Source: Sulfurospirillaceae bacterium
GTDB lineage: Bacteria; Campylobacterota; Campylobacteria; Campylobacterales; Sulfurospirillaceae
Assembly (NCBI GenBank): GCA_033723415.1
Contig: JAWVXD010000002.1
Location: 160,001-224,000, forward strand
Direction: 5' to 3'
DNA: 64,000 nt
Shown: in pieces, positions 49,953 through 60,260 of the stretch
Position numbering within the stretch: the first letter of the stretch is position 1
Layout of the letters: every line of letters begins with the position of its first letter
Position numbers and translations under genes: made by a program
Notes under the pieces: generated by a model
Told to the model about the DNA's origin: nothing
Databases searched by the model: none
The model's input: only the letters and a program-made list of their open reading frames with translations

Positions 49953-51086
49953 ATGCACTTTTCATACAAAAACCCGACACTGATAGAATTTGGACAAGGC
50001 AAGATAGCCCGCATACAAGACCTCATACCAAAAAACAAAAGAATTCTGGTTGCCTATGGCGGCGGAAGCATAAAACGAAACGGCGTATACGATCAGGTAA
50101 AAGAAGCCCTATCCGAACACACGTGGTTTGAGTTTGGAGGTATCGAGCCAAACCCGACAAAAGAGACACTGGATAAAGCAGTCATTTTCGGAAGAGAGAA
50201 TGATGTAGATTATATATTGGCTGTCGGTGGAGGTTCTGTTCTTGATGGATCCAAATATATTGCCAATGCATTTTATTATGACGGTGATGGCTGGGACTTG
50301 TTGGAAGGCAAATACAAAGCAACAAAAGCACTAGAGATAGGTACGATACTTACACTTGCCGCAACAGGGAGTGAATCTAACAGTGGTTCGGTTGTGACAA
50401 AAAAAGAGACGAGTGAGAAAAGATTTTTCCACTCTGAACTGTCTTATCCAAAATTTTCTATTTTAGATCCAGACGTGCTAAAAAGTCTAGACGATAGACA
50501 ACTTAGTAATGGAATCATAGATGCGTTCGTGCATACTTGTGAACAGTATCTGACATATTCACATGGTGCGATGGCTCAAGATCATTATAGCGAGGGGATC
50601 CTTCGAGGGCTTATAGAGCTTTCTGCTTCTTTTGATAAAAGAGATGATCTTTGGTATGCAAACCTTATGTGGCTTGCAAATCAAGCATTGAATGGTTTGA
50701 TCGGTCTTGGTGTACCTCAAGATTGGGCGACACACTTCATTGGACATGAGCTAAGCGGACTTTATGGTATCGATCATGCAAGAACATTGGCGATCATCCA
50801 GCCAAACTTGTTAAAAGTACTTGTTAATGAAAAACAAGATAAACTTTTGCAAATGGGGAAAAACGTATGGTCTCTGGATACAAAAGATCCTAATGAGGTT
50901 ATTAATAAAATAGAAGAATTGTACAGTTCTCTTCATGTTGATCTAAAAATCTCATCATATACCGATGATACTGGTATAGAGTTGAAAGTTCTTTCTCTTT
51001 TGAAAAAGCATGGTTTTGTGAACTTTGGAGATAGAGAACTTGTCAGTACAGAGGTTGTGAAAAAGATACTTGATATGTCATTATAA
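49953..51086 (+). CDS. iron-containing NADPH alcohol/aldehyde dehydrogenase (YqhD-like)
   Basis: YGGGSIKRNG, GIEPNP, AVGGGSVLDG, DWATHFIGHEL...DHA. Confidence 0.92.
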   Translation: MHFSYKNPTLIEFGQGKIARIQDLIPKNKRILVAYGGGSIKRNGVYDQVKEALSEHTWFEFGGIEPNPTKETLDKAVIFGRENDVDYILAVGGGSVLDGSKYIANAFYYDGDGWDLLEGKYKATKALEIGTILTLAATGSESNSGSVVTKKETSEKRFFHSELSYPKFSILDPDVLKSLDDRQLSNGIIDAFVHTCEQYLTYSHGAMAQDHYSEGILRGLIELSASFDKRDDLWYANLMWLANQALNGLIGLGVPQDWATHFIGHELSGLYGIDHARTLAIIQPNLLKVLVNEKQDKLLQMGKNVWSLDTKDPNEVINKIEELYSSLHVDLKISSYTDDTGIELKVLSLLKKHGFVNFGDRELVSTEVVKKILDMSL

Positions 51087-51109
51087 ATAAGAATTTGAAA
51101 AAGAGGTGA

Positions 51110-51916
51110 ATGATGCCGGGTTTTGAATTTATCATATACTACATACTTTTAGGTTCCTTTGTCGGTGTAGCGGCGGGATTGATGGGTATCGGTGGCGGTG
51201 GTATCATCGTACCGGTTCTCACGACACTTTTTTTAATGCAAGGCGTACCGCACAATGAAGTAGTTCATTTAGCTCTTGGTACATCTATGGCGACTATCGT
51301 CATCACTTCTTTTTCTAGTCTAAGAGCTCATCACAAACGAGGTGGCGTGATCTGGGATGTTGTCAAGATGATGGCACCCGGGATCTTGCTAGGAGCTTTT
51401 TTAGCAACCTTTCTAGCTTCGATTCTCAGCTCATTTTATCTGGCTATATTCTTTTCAATCTTTATGGCTTACGTATCAATTCAAATGTTTATAAACAAAA
51501 AACCAAAACCAAGCAGAAAACTTTTGAGCTCACTCGGACAATTTATATCCGGTTCCATCATCGGACTCGTTTCTGCGCTTGTGTCAATCGGAGGGGGCTC
51601 ACTTAGCGTTCCTTATCTGATTTGGCAAAATGTCGAACTAAGAAAAGCGATAGGTACGAGTGCTGCTATAGGATTTCCACTTGCGATAAGCGGTACTATC
51701 GGATATATCATAAACGGCTGGGGTCATACAGACATGCAACATCTTGTTGTTGGATTTGTATCTTTACCGGCTTTTTTTATCATCGCATTTTGCAGTTATT
51801 TTATGGCGCCTGTTGGTGTCAAATTGACGCATATACTTCCTGTTGAGATCACCAAAAAGATCTTTGCATTGTTACTCATCACTCTAAGTATCAAGATGCT
51901 GAGTTCATTTATATAA
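51110..51916 (+). CDS. TauE/SafE sulfite exporter family protein
   Basis: GLMGIGGGGIIVP, ALGTS, IGGGSLSVP, AIGTSAA. Confidence 0.92.
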   Translation: MMPGFEFIIYYILLGSFVGVAAGLMGIGGGGIIVPVLTTLFLMQGVPHNEVVHLALGTSMATIVITSFSSLRAHHKRGGVIWDVVKMMAPGILLGAFLATFLASILSSFYLAIFFSIFMAYVSIQMFINKKPKPSRKLLSSLGQFISGSIIGLVSALVSIGGGSLSVPYLIWQNVELRKAIGTSAAIGFPLAISGTIGYIINGWGHTDMQHLVVGFVSLPAFFIIAFCSYFMAPVGVKLTHILPVEITKKIFALLLITLSIKMLSSFI

Positions 51917-51940
51917 TATAGGAATAAAAACTTCTTTCTA

Positions 51941-52651
51941 TCATTCCTTGCATATAAATGTATAATCAGCAATATAGCTTATCTCGGCATCTTCTTTTGT
52001 AGGTTCACTTGAGTGTATTAAATTTGTTGAAGTTCCCTTAGAAAGAATCATTTCCTGTCTTGAAAGAGGAATCGCCGAATTTGTATTTGGAGAAAGGTCT
52101 ATACTTTTCGTGGTACATCTTCTCTCTAGAAGCTTGGATATTCTCTTTGCATACTTTGCGCTATATAAAAGAGCTCTTCTCTCCAGATTTTCTTTCTTCT
52201 TCGCTATAGCATGTTTGGAAACAATCCATTGTGTTCCAAAATTTGTAACACTTACCTTTTTGTTGTTCTCTATAAGTTTTTTGAGTATCGGCTCATTGTA
52301 AAATTTCTCTAGTTGACTTGGTTTATCATACTGACATTTGAAATTTAGTGTACCTTTGTAACCTATAAATACACTTTTTCCTTTAGATTTATCCCATTCC
52401 AATGCTTTATTGATAGCATACCCGCTGTTTTTACAGATCTTTTCATATTTTTTTAAAACAGTTGAGAGTGAAGAGAGTGTATTTGATGCTTGTGTATAAT
52501 CTTTTTCTGTAACATTTAGAGCGATTCTTGTGGAAAGTCTATCAGGCGTTATTGAATCAACAAATTTTTTAGTTTTATGAATCGTCATACTCCCGCTATC
52601 TTGAGCAAAAAGAGATGCTGCTATCACTAAACCCGCAAGCAATACTTTCAT
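51941..52651 (-). CDS. exported protein, SIMPL/DUF541-like
   Basis: Signal peptide; SITPD, FIGYKG pattern and C-terminal layout. Confidence 0.6.
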   Translation of the reverse strand: MKVLLAGLVIAASLFAQDSGSMTIHKTKKFVDSITPDRLSTRIALNVTEKDYTQASNTLSSLSTVLKKYEKICKNSGYAINKALEWDKSKGKSVFIGYKGTLNFKCQYDKPSQLEKFYNEPILKKLIENNKKVSVTNFGTQWIVSKHAIAKKKENLERRALLYSAKYAKRISKLLERRCTTKSIDLSPNTNSAIPLSRQEMILSKGTSTNLIHSSEPTKEDAEISYIADYTFICKE

Positions 52652-52769
52652 GTAAGCCCTCCTAGATTGTATCTTTTGATCACCTTAAGAGTTTACAACA
52701 GCCCTTATAAAAATCTGCTTATTATACTTCATAAAATCTTCCAAAATTTTCTTATGATTAAGACATACT

Positions 52770-54149
52770 TTACTCTTTAATACACTTGAACCATACATTT
52801 GCAAATGCTTTAACAGCTGGTAGTATCTCATCTTCCATAAATCCGCCAAAACCCATACGTATAGCTTCAAAATCACCTCCTGAGCGCTCTTTGGCGCAAT
52901 ACATCTTTAACCTTGCTTCTTCTGCTTGTTTCATAAGCTCGCCTAAATCCATCTTGACTGTTGGATAGATCAAGATTGCCAATCCTCCGCCTTCTCCAAT
53001 AATCTTTATAGTGTCACCCAGTGCAATTTTTAGACTCTCTTTCATGAGATCATGCTTTCTGTGATTGAGATTTCTTATCTTTCGTAGATGTCTATCCCAG
53101 TGCCCTTCTTTCATAAAAAGCTCCAATGTCTTTTGCAAGCTCAACGATACACGTGCATGATGATGATCAAAAAGTTTTTTGTATTGTACTAAGAACCTTA
53201 AAGGCAAGACCATATAGCTAACACGAAGAGCTGGAGAAAGAGATTTTGAAAAAGTTCCGACATAGATGACTCTCTCATCATTATCCAAACCTTGCAAAGA
53301 AGGAATCGGTCTATTCTTATAACTCATCTCGCTGTCATAATCGTCTTCTATGATAAAAGCATCATTTTTATTTGCCCACTGAAGTAATCGCAAACGATTG
53401 GCAATAGGCATAGAAACTCCTGTGGGATATTGGTGAGAAGGTGTTATATAGACAAGTTTTGATCGAGTTTTTTCTAGATCATGTAGTATGAGACCATTAC
53501 CATCTACTCCAATATTCTCTATCTTATATTCATAATCTTCAAAAGCTCTTCGTGCCACATCATATCCAGGATGCTCCATAGCAAAGATCTTTTCTTTATT
53601 CTTAAAAAGTCGTGCCAAAAAACCCATAGAATCTGCAGAACCACCAAAAATTATAACTTGTTTAGAAGAGCATTTTACTCCTCGTGATCGTACAAGATAC
53701 TTTGCTATCTCTTCTCTCAGTCCAAGTTCGCCCTGTCCATCCTGATATGCTCCAAAATCTAGTGATTCATTTATAGCTTTATTAAAAAGACGTTTCCAAA
53801 GCTTTAGGGGAAAAGAATTTTGACACAAACGTGCAGGAAAAAAATCATATAAATATTCATCTTTTGTTATCTTTGTTGTTTCTAAAATAATATTATTTGT
53901 ACTTAGCTGCTCAGCATTAAAATCACTCACAAAATAACCACTTTTACTTTTACTTTCGATATAACCCTCCGCATAAAGTTGATTAAAAGCTGACATTACG
54001 GTATTTTTGCTGAGTCCATACTCTTGTGCGATCTTTCTAATCGAAGAGATTTTATCCCCGACATGCAACTCGTTAACAATTTGATTTTTGATCTCACTGT
54101 AAAGCTGCAAATATAAAGGTATGTTTGATTTAGAGTCCAATATATACAA
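52770..54149 (-). CDS. MocR/PdxR family PLP-dependent GntR regulator
   Basis: GntR HTH (SIRKIAQEYGLSKNTV); TPSHQYPTG, EDDYDSE, GTFSKSLSPALR. Confidence 0.94.
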   Translation of the reverse strand: MYILDSKSNIPLYLQLYSEIKNQIVNELHVGDKISSIRKIAQEYGLSKNTVMSAFNQLYAEGYIESKSKSGYFVSDFNAEQLSTNNIILETTKITKDEYLYDFFPARLCQNSFPLKLWKRLFNKAINESLDFGAYQDGQGELGLREEIAKYLVRSRGVKCSSKQVIIFGGSADSMGFLARLFKNKEKIFAMEHPGYDVARRAFEDYEYKIENIGVDGNGLILHDLEKTRSKLVYITPSHQYPTGVSMPIANRLRLLQWANKNDAFIIEDDYDSEMSYKNRPIPSLQGLDNDERVIYVGTFSKSLSPALRVSYMVLPLRFLVQYKKLFDHHHARVSLSLQKTLELFMKEGHWDRHLRKIRNLNHRKHDLMKESLKIALGDTIKIIGEGGGLAILIYPTVKMDLGELMKQAEEARLKMYCAKERSGGDFEAIRMGFGGFMEDEILPAVKAFANVWFKCIKE

Positions 54150-54243
54150 TCTGTATCCTAAAATTTTATATAATTTGTCACTTGTTAAAAGTACAGTATG
54201 AAAAGTATAATAACATAAAATTTTTAAAAGAGAAGAGAAAATA

Positions 54244-55110
54244 GTGCATTATGAGAAAAAAAGTGTTGCTTTAGGGATGCTTGGTATTTTAGCTTTTAGC
54301 TTAACATTGCCCATGACCCATATAGCATTGTATGAGCTAAGCCCTGTATTTATAAGCTTTGGTAGAGCAATCATAGCTGCTATTTTAGCATCATTCGCCT
54401 TGCTTGTTACAAAAGCTAAGATTCCGACTATCAATCAATTTAAAATGCTTGCAACAGCAGCTTTAGGCGTTGTTGTCGGGTTTCCTTTTTTTAGTGCAGT
54501 TGCTCTAATGAGTGTTCCAGTAAGCCATGGAGGAGTTGTTGCAGGGATATTACCTCTGTGTACAGCATTTTTCGGTGTCATTCTGGCACATGAAAAGCTA
54601 AAAATGCGATTTTGGATATCTTCTCTGGTAGGCAGTGCTGCTATCCTCTGGTTAACGATGAGCGACAAATCACTTGTATTGGGAGATACCTTTCTTTTAG
54701 CTGCTGTTATCTCAGCAGGATATGGATATGCGCAAGGTGCTATAGTTTCAAAAGAGTTAGGCTCTTGGCAGTCAATAAGCTGGATGCTGGTCATCTCTGC
54801 GCCTGTGTTGATATTCCCCACGATATATACGATGCCAAGCGATATATCTGAGTTACATTTTGCTACAATTGGAAGCTTTTTGTATCTTGGTTCGATCAGT
54901 ATGTATCTAGGGTTTTTCTTTTGGTACAAAGCTTTGTCAATAGGAGGTATAGCAAGGATTGGACAATTTCAACTCCTTCAGCCTTTCATGACACTCTTTT
55001 TTGCTTGGATATTGCTAAAAGAGAGTGTACAAGTAAATGAAATTTTTACGGCAATCGTTGTAGTTATATCAGTATTTTTCGGTAGAAAAAATAAAAAGGA
55101 AATATTATGA
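54244..55110 (+). CDS. DMT/EamA family transporter
   Basis: FSLTLPMT, FFFWYKAL, GQFQLLQP; about 10 TM. Confidence 0.9.
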   Translation: MHYEKKSVALGMLGILAFSLTLPMTHIALYELSPVFISFGRAIIAAILASFALLVTKAKIPTINQFKMLATAALGVVVGFPFFSAVALMSVPVSHGGVVAGILPLCTAFFGVILAHEKLKMRFWISSLVGSAAILWLTMSDKSLVLGDTFLLAAVISAGYGYAQGAIVSKELGSWQSISWMLVISAPVLIFPTIYTMPSDISELHFATIGSFLYLGSISMYLGFFFWYKALSIGGIARIGQFQLLQPFMTLFFAWILLKESVQVNEIFTAIVVVISVFFGRKNKKEIL

Positions 55111-55709
55111 GAAGAGATGAATTTCAAATAACCAATGAAGATGATATAAAATCCGTTTTGAACGAATGTGAGTATGGGACACTTTCTCTAATAGCAGGTA
55201 GTGAGCCTTATGGAGTTGCTGTTAATTTTGTTTTTTTTGAAGGAAATATATACTTTCACGGAGCCAAAGAAGGTCGTAAAGTAGATGCTATCAAAACAAA
55301 TCCAAAAGCGTCGTTTTTAGCAGTAAGACCTTACTCAAAGATTCCATCTTATTTTAGTAATACACGCGCAGCCTGTCCTGCTACACAGTTTTTCGCTTCT
55401 GTTCATATTTACGGAAATCTTATAATCATAGAAAATGCTCATGACAAAGCAAAAATACTAGAAGAGATGATGAAAAAACTACAAAGAGAGGGCGGTTACG
55501 ATAAGATAGAGGCAGATAACCCGATGTATACCAAGATGCTTGAGCAAACCGGCGTTTATGCACTCTTACCTGAAACTATAAGCATGAAACTAAAAGCAGG
55601 ACAAAATCTGACCAATGAAAAAAAGAGCTCTCTAGTCCTACAACTGCGCGAGCGTGGTGAGGACATAGATAAAAAAAGTGCTTCGGTGATAGAGAACTAT
55701 ATCATGTAA
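55107..55709 (+). CDS. pyridoxamine 5'-phosphate oxidase-like flavin-binding protein
   Basis: MRR..., YGTLSL, PYGVAVNF, IYFHGAKEGRK. Confidence 0.87.
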   Translation: MRRDEFQITNEDDIKSVLNECEYGTLSLIAGSEPYGVAVNFVFFEGNIYFHGAKEGRKVDAIKTNPKASFLAVRPYSKIPSYFSNTRAACPATQFFASVHIYGNLIIIENAHDKAKILEEMMKKLQREGGYDKIEADNPMYTKMLEQTGVYALLPETISMKLKAGQNLTNEKKSSLVLQLRERGEDIDKKSASVIENYIM

Positions 55710-55716
55710 ATCTTTA

Positions 55717-56163
55717 TCATTTTTGATCCTGGTTCCGATAGTCTTGAGATAGTCTTTTCAAAGCTTCCAGATCATTACCTGTGATGATATCTCCTTTATT
55801 TTCGGATTCTCTAAACATTGCAATGATATCCTCTCTTGTCGTTTGTGAACTCATCATAAAATTTTTAAAAGGATAGGTTGAAAATCCACTTGTTTTATGA
55901 TTGGCTGAGCTTGTGATAAATCGCACACCATGAGCGATCTGCACAAATTTACCTATAATAAGTCGATCCAGGCTTAATTCAAATAGATAAGAAGCCAAAA
56001 TACCGGCATAATCTTCTACTTCTTCAAAATTATGGTAATATGAAAACTCACCGACACTGATACGCTGATGACTAAGAACTTCTTTGAGATGTACCGTCTG
56101 TTCAATAACAGTTCCATCAGGCATAATCATCGGATATTTTTTTTTGCTGTTCAACAGTGCCAT
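55717..56163 (-). pseudogene. CatB/Vat-related O-acetyltransferase with internal deletion
   Basis: VGEFSYY, LIIGKFVQIAHGVRFI, ANH...FSTYPF, KGD present; GNDVWIG hexapeptide block and WWDW region absent. Confidence 0.75.
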
Positions 56164-56175
56164 AGAAGTGCCCTT

Positions 56176-56589
56176 TTAGTTGATCTTTTTAAAAACATTA
56201 AAACAAGTCTTTAGATCATCTATATTTAAATCTTCCAATAATGCATCGACCGTTTGACTTAACGTATTCATCGAATCTTGAAACAAATTAAAGCCTACAT
56301 CCGATAACTTCACAAAGCTGACTCGTGCATCACGTGGGTTTTGCTCTTTTTCTACTATCTTTAACTTTTCCATAGGATTTAGTAACCTTGTAACTCCTGA
56401 AGCGCTCATATTAACACCTTCGGCTAGATCAATGCGTCTCATTGTCATGTTTGTTGCCAATGAAAGTCGATACATCACCAAAAATTCAGAGAAAGTAATA
56501 CCGTGAAGACTCAATTGTCTATCGACATATTTCATGATCTTATTGTGCAAATCAGCTAAACTTAAAACAAATTCCAAATTTTTATTCAT
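56176..56589 (-). CDS. MarR family regulator
   Basis: MRRIDLAEGVNMSASGVTRLLNPMEK...DARVS. Confidence 0.92.
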   Translation of the reverse strand: MNKNLEFVLSLADLHNKIMKYVDRQLSLHGITFSEFLVMYRLSLATNMTMRRIDLAEGVNMSASGVTRLLNPMEKLKIVEKEQNPRDARVSFVKLSDVGFNLFQDSMNTLSQTVDALLEDLNIDDLKTCFNVFKKIN

Positions 56590-56598
56590 TCTTTTTCC

Positions 56599-56632
56599 TT
56601 GCGATATATTTGATTGCGCAAGTATATCGCAA
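56599..56632. promoter_or_regulatory. candidate MarR operator
   Basis: TTGCGATATATTTG-N6-CAAGTATATCGCAA (13/14 arms) directly upstream of the marR RBS. Confidence 0.7.
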
Positions 56633-56703
56633 ACAATTTATTTTTGTCAAGAGATTTGACATAAAAATGTTAAAATATACATTTTATAAAGAAGGTGCTC
56701 ATA

Positions 56704-57330
56704 ATGAATATAGAAAAACTCAAAAATGCGCAAGCTTACTTTTTTGCACTCTATCCTAAAGGTTTTAAAGACGAAGCGCTTCAACCAATAGTAAAACGCC
56801 ATAATACGGCAAAGATCGGTGAGAAAGTAAAAGAAATGTTTGCACAGGATAATTTTGCTCAACCGGAGCTAATTTGTGAAAACTTTACAAAGATCGTCTC
56901 TAGGTCATCACTAATTTCCGTATTCGAGAAACCAAAAGTAAGAGATATGATAAAAGGAATGGGGCATGAGCAAAAAGATATGCTCTCCATCGGTCTGTAT
57001 GAGTTGATATACGGCAATAAAAAAGCCGGTTTTGAAAGCCTCGTCGATGTCCTCTTGATGCACGGGCTTGCCAAGTGGTCTATCATCACGCTGATCCCCT
57101 ACTATTACGCCAGAGAGAAGAATTTTTTTATAAAACCGACCACGACCAAAAACGTCATCAAATTTTTTGAACTCAAGGGTTTGGTCTATAAACCAAGACC
57201 GACTTATGAGTTTTATGTCGCATATACAAAAGCCTTGAAGAAGATGAAATCCCAACTCAAAAGCTCGATCAGCAACGATAATGCAGGATTTACGGGATTT
57301 TTGATGATGGCGATGCAAGAGCAGTCCTAA
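56704..57330 (+). CDS. hypothetical protein (ATG 56704 preferred)
   Basis: Long ORF with AAGGTG RBS; no recognised family. Confidence 0.75.
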   Translation: MNIEKLKNAQAYFFALYPKGFKDEALQPIVKRHNTAKIGEKVKEMFAQDNFAQPELICENFTKIVSRSSLISVFEKPKVRDMIKGMGHEQKDMLSIGLYELIYGNKKAGFESLVDVLLMHGLAKWSIITLIPYYYAREKNFFIKPTTTKNVIKFFELKGLVYKPRPTYEFYVAYTKALKKMKSQLKSSISNDNAGFTGFLMMAMQEQS

Positions 57331-57366
57331 AAGTGAAATTTACCTCTTTTTTTGTATAATTGCCGC

Positions 57367-57933
57367 ATGAATAAAGAAATCAATTATCTAATAGAATTTT
57401 TAGCAAAATCAAACATCCCCGACATCTCGGATTCGTATGTATTGACATTGAACTTTTTTGACAAGCACTCGATTTATATACCTTCAAAGTACGACACTAA
57501 AGCTTTGAGATTGCTGGCACAAAAGAGCGATATTGTGCTCAGTGATGATGCTCTCGCACTTTTGAAAAGACTAGATTTGCTACTTAATGCAAATATCCCA
57601 GAAGAGATAAAAAGCTCAAAAAAACAACTCTTTGAAACGCTCGTCAAATCTAACTTCAAACAAAAAAAAGGACGGCTTGATAAGGTCGAAACCGCTATCT
57701 ATAAGACGCTTAGTGCTTATATATTCGGACTGACCAGAGCGCTTGATCTGTTTTTTATTTACACCAAACAAAATATGCAAGAGCCTGAAGTTTTTATAGA
57801 CTTTGCCCAGATGATACATACCAATCTTTTTGAAACTATCTTTAACGAAGAAGAAAAAGCGCTTTTAAGAGAAAAGCTCAAAGAGATCATGAGCGTTTAT
57901 CTCTCTTTATATGCCAGATATCTTTATATCTAA
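57367..57933 (+). CDS. hypothetical helical protein (ATG 57367 preferred)
   Basis: Long ORF followed by terminator; TATAAT 6 nt upstream of ATG. Confidence 0.72.
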   Translation: MNKEINYLIEFLAKSNIPDISDSYVLTLNFFDKHSIYIPSKYDTKALRLLAQKSDIVLSDDALALLKRLDLLLNANIPEEIKSSKKQLFETLVKSNFKQKKGRLDKVETAIYKTLSAYIFGLTRALDLFFIYTKQNMQEPEVFIDFAQMIHTNLFETIFNEEEKALLREKLKEIMSVYLSLYARYLYI

Positions 57934-57967
57934 ATAGCAAACATACTTACTAAGTATGTTTGCTATT
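57933..57967. terminator. bidirectional terminator-like palindrome
   Basis: AATAGCAAACATACTTA-C-TAAGTATGTTTGCTATT between convergent genes. Confidence 0.75.
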
Positions 57968-57990
57968 GTCTCAAATTGAAACAGTGAACT

Positions 57991-59400
57991 TTATTTTTTT
58001 GGCTTAAACTTTTTTGGACGGATCATATTTTCCGGTTTGATTATCTCATCTAATTCATCTTTAGATAAAAATCCTTTTTCTAACACAATATCATAAACCG
58101 ATCCGCCTGTTTTTAGTGCTTCTTGTGCTACAATAGTAGAATTTTCATATCCTAAATAAGGATTGAGTGCCGTTACCAAGCCAATACTATTTAGAACTAG
58201 ATCAAGGCAGTGCTGTTTATTTGCAGTGATTCCATCAACACATTTATACGCCAATGTTTCAAAGGCATTTTTCATCATGTTAATAGAGTTGCTTAAGTTA
58301 TAGATGATAAGAGGTTCAAAAACATTTAGCTGTAGTTGTCCGGCTTCTGCTGCCATCGTAACTGATACATCCGTACCTATGACTTGAAAGCAGACTTGAT
58401 TTACTACTTCAGGAATAACAGGATTTACTTTACCTGGCATGATGGAACTTCCAGGCTGCATAGCAGGTAGATTGATCTCTCCAAATCCAGTTCTAGGACC
58501 TGAGCTTAAAAGTCTAAGATCATTGCAGATCTTTGACATCTTTGTTGCAACTCTTTTTAAGACACCTGATATCTGTATATATGCTCCAGTGCCTTGTGTT
58601 GCTTCGACTAGATCTTCGGCTGTCGTAAAGGGACGATTTGTGACTTCCTGAAGTTTAGCTTCAACTGTCTTGGCATAGTCTGGATGTGTATTTATACCTG
58701 TACCGATAGCTGTTGCTCCCATATTGATCTCTTTGACCAGACGCAATGTTTCAGTTACTCTGTAAATATCTTCGTTGATCATGACACCATATGCACGAAA
58801 CTCTTGCTCTAACGTCATAGGAACAGCATCTTGAAGCTGAGTCCTTCCCATCTTTATAACATCTTTGAACTCCAACGCCTTATTGAAAAAGGAATCTCTA
58901 ACGATCGCTAAAGACTCTGTAAACTCTATAAGTTTTTCATATAAATTGATATTAATAGCTGTAGGATAAACGTCATTGGTAGATTGTGAAAGATTGACAT
59001 CGTTATTTGGGTGGAGAAATTTGTACTCTCCTTTTTTGTGTCCCATAAATTCTAGACCGATATTGGCTATAACTTCGTTAGCATTCATGTTAGTTGATGT
59101 TCCGGCACCTCCTTGTATCATATCAACGACAAACTGGTCATGATATTTACCTGCGATGATCTCATCACATGCCCTACAAATCGCATCAGTTTTCTCTTCA
59201 CTTAAAAGATCCAATTCAAAATTTGCAAGCGCAACGGCTTTTTTTACTTTTGCTAACGACGTTATAAAAGTAGGAAAACCAGATAGAGTAACTCCTGTTA
59301 TATGAAAATTCTCAACAGCTCTTGCTGTCTGAACTCCATAATAAAACTCATCTGATATCTCTTTTTCACCTATCAAATCATGTTCTATTCTTGATGTCAC
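57991..59400 (-). CDS. aspA: aspartate ammonia-lyase
   Basis: QGGAGTSTNMNANEV, QSTND, KMGRTQLQDA, GSSIMPGKVNPV. Confidence 0.96.
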   Translation of the reverse strand: MTSRIEHDLIGEKEISDEFYYGVQTARAVENFHITGVTLSGFPTFITSLAKVKKAVALANFELDLLSEEKTDAICRACDEIIAGKYHDQFVVDMIQGGAGTSTNMNANEVIANIGLEFMGHKKGEYKFLHPNNDVNLSQSTNDVYPTAININLYEKLIEFTESLAIVRDSFFNKALEFKDVIKMGRTQLQDAVPMTLEQEFRAYGVMINEDIYRVTETLRLVKEINMGATAIGTGINTHPDYAKTVEAKLQEVTNRPFTTAEDLVEATQGTGAYIQISGVLKRVATKMSKICNDLRLLSSGPRTGFGEINLPAMQPGSSIMPGKVNPVIPEVVNQVCFQVIGTDVSVTMAAEAGQLQLNVFEPLIIYNLSNSINMMKNAFETLAYKCVDGITANKQHCLDLVLNSIGLVTALNPYLGYENSTIVAQEALKTGGSVYDIVLEKGFLSKDELDEIIKPENMIRPKKFKPKK

Positions 59401-59667
59401 ATTGTCTCCTAAATATTTTGTACCTGAAATTATAAAGTTTTTAATTGGTCATTTAACTATTTTTTTGTATATAATAGTATCATTTTATAACTATTTAAAC
59501 TATTTCATTTATGTCACTCTCAAATCCTTTTATTTTGCTATAAAATAACACAAATGTATCACTATCGTTAATCACACTATCTCTTTATTTTATTTTTAAC
59601 CAATATTACATTAATTTATATTATAATGAATATGTGAGCAGAATTTACCGTAAAAAAAGGATGTTTC

Positions 59668-60102
59668 ATGGCACATTTATTTCCATTGGTATTTATCGGT
59701 GTAGTAGTTAGTTTGATTGTTTTTCTATACTTTGAAAAAAGAGCCATAGAAGCTAAAAGAAGACATGAAAAAAATGGTTTCAAAGCAAGTGAAATGACCA
59801 TAAATGAAAACTTTGAAAGATACGATACTCAAAGTAATGTAACATTTTATTTTTCTACGATGTTCGTATTTACTATTTTTATGAGTTACTTTGGCTTCTT
59901 TAAAGAAAGCCTGAGTCTAGTAGATGTTTTTTTATACATTTTCTTAACTACTTTTATAGGATCTCTCATAATATTTTTACTAAAAATTAAAAAAAGTATA
60001 TTGATCAAGGTCTTTGCTGCATTCTTATACGGTGCACCTCTTATCGCCTCCTCTGCATTTGGTTTTATTATAACTTACATCATTTATATTAAATTAATGT
60101 AA
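59668..60102 (+). CDS. hypothetical membrane protein
   Basis: Four hydrophobic segments; AAGGA RBS; followed by hairpin. Confidence 0.7.
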   Translation: MAHLFPLVFIGVVVSLIVFLYFEKRAIEAKRRHEKNGFKASEMTINENFERYDTQSNVTFYFSTMFVFTIFMSYFGFFKESLSLVDVFLYIFLTTFIGSLIIFLLKIKKSILIKVFAAFLYGAPLIASSAFGFIITYIIYIKLM

Positions 60103-60111
60103 ATATGTTTT

Positions 60112-60144
60112 TATGAGGGCAATTATATAAATATTGCTCTCATA
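60112..60144 (+). terminator. hairpin, possible terminator
   Basis: TATGAGGGCAAT-N9-ATTGCTCTCATA. Confidence 0.55.
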
Positions 60145-60260
60145 CTACTTGATTAGCTACCTGTTTTTGTTTAAAAAATGATATTTTTTATTTACTAAAT
60201 CTTTAAAAAACGGTAATAAAATTGAAAGTGAAAATATTAAAAAACAAATAGGAGTAAACT

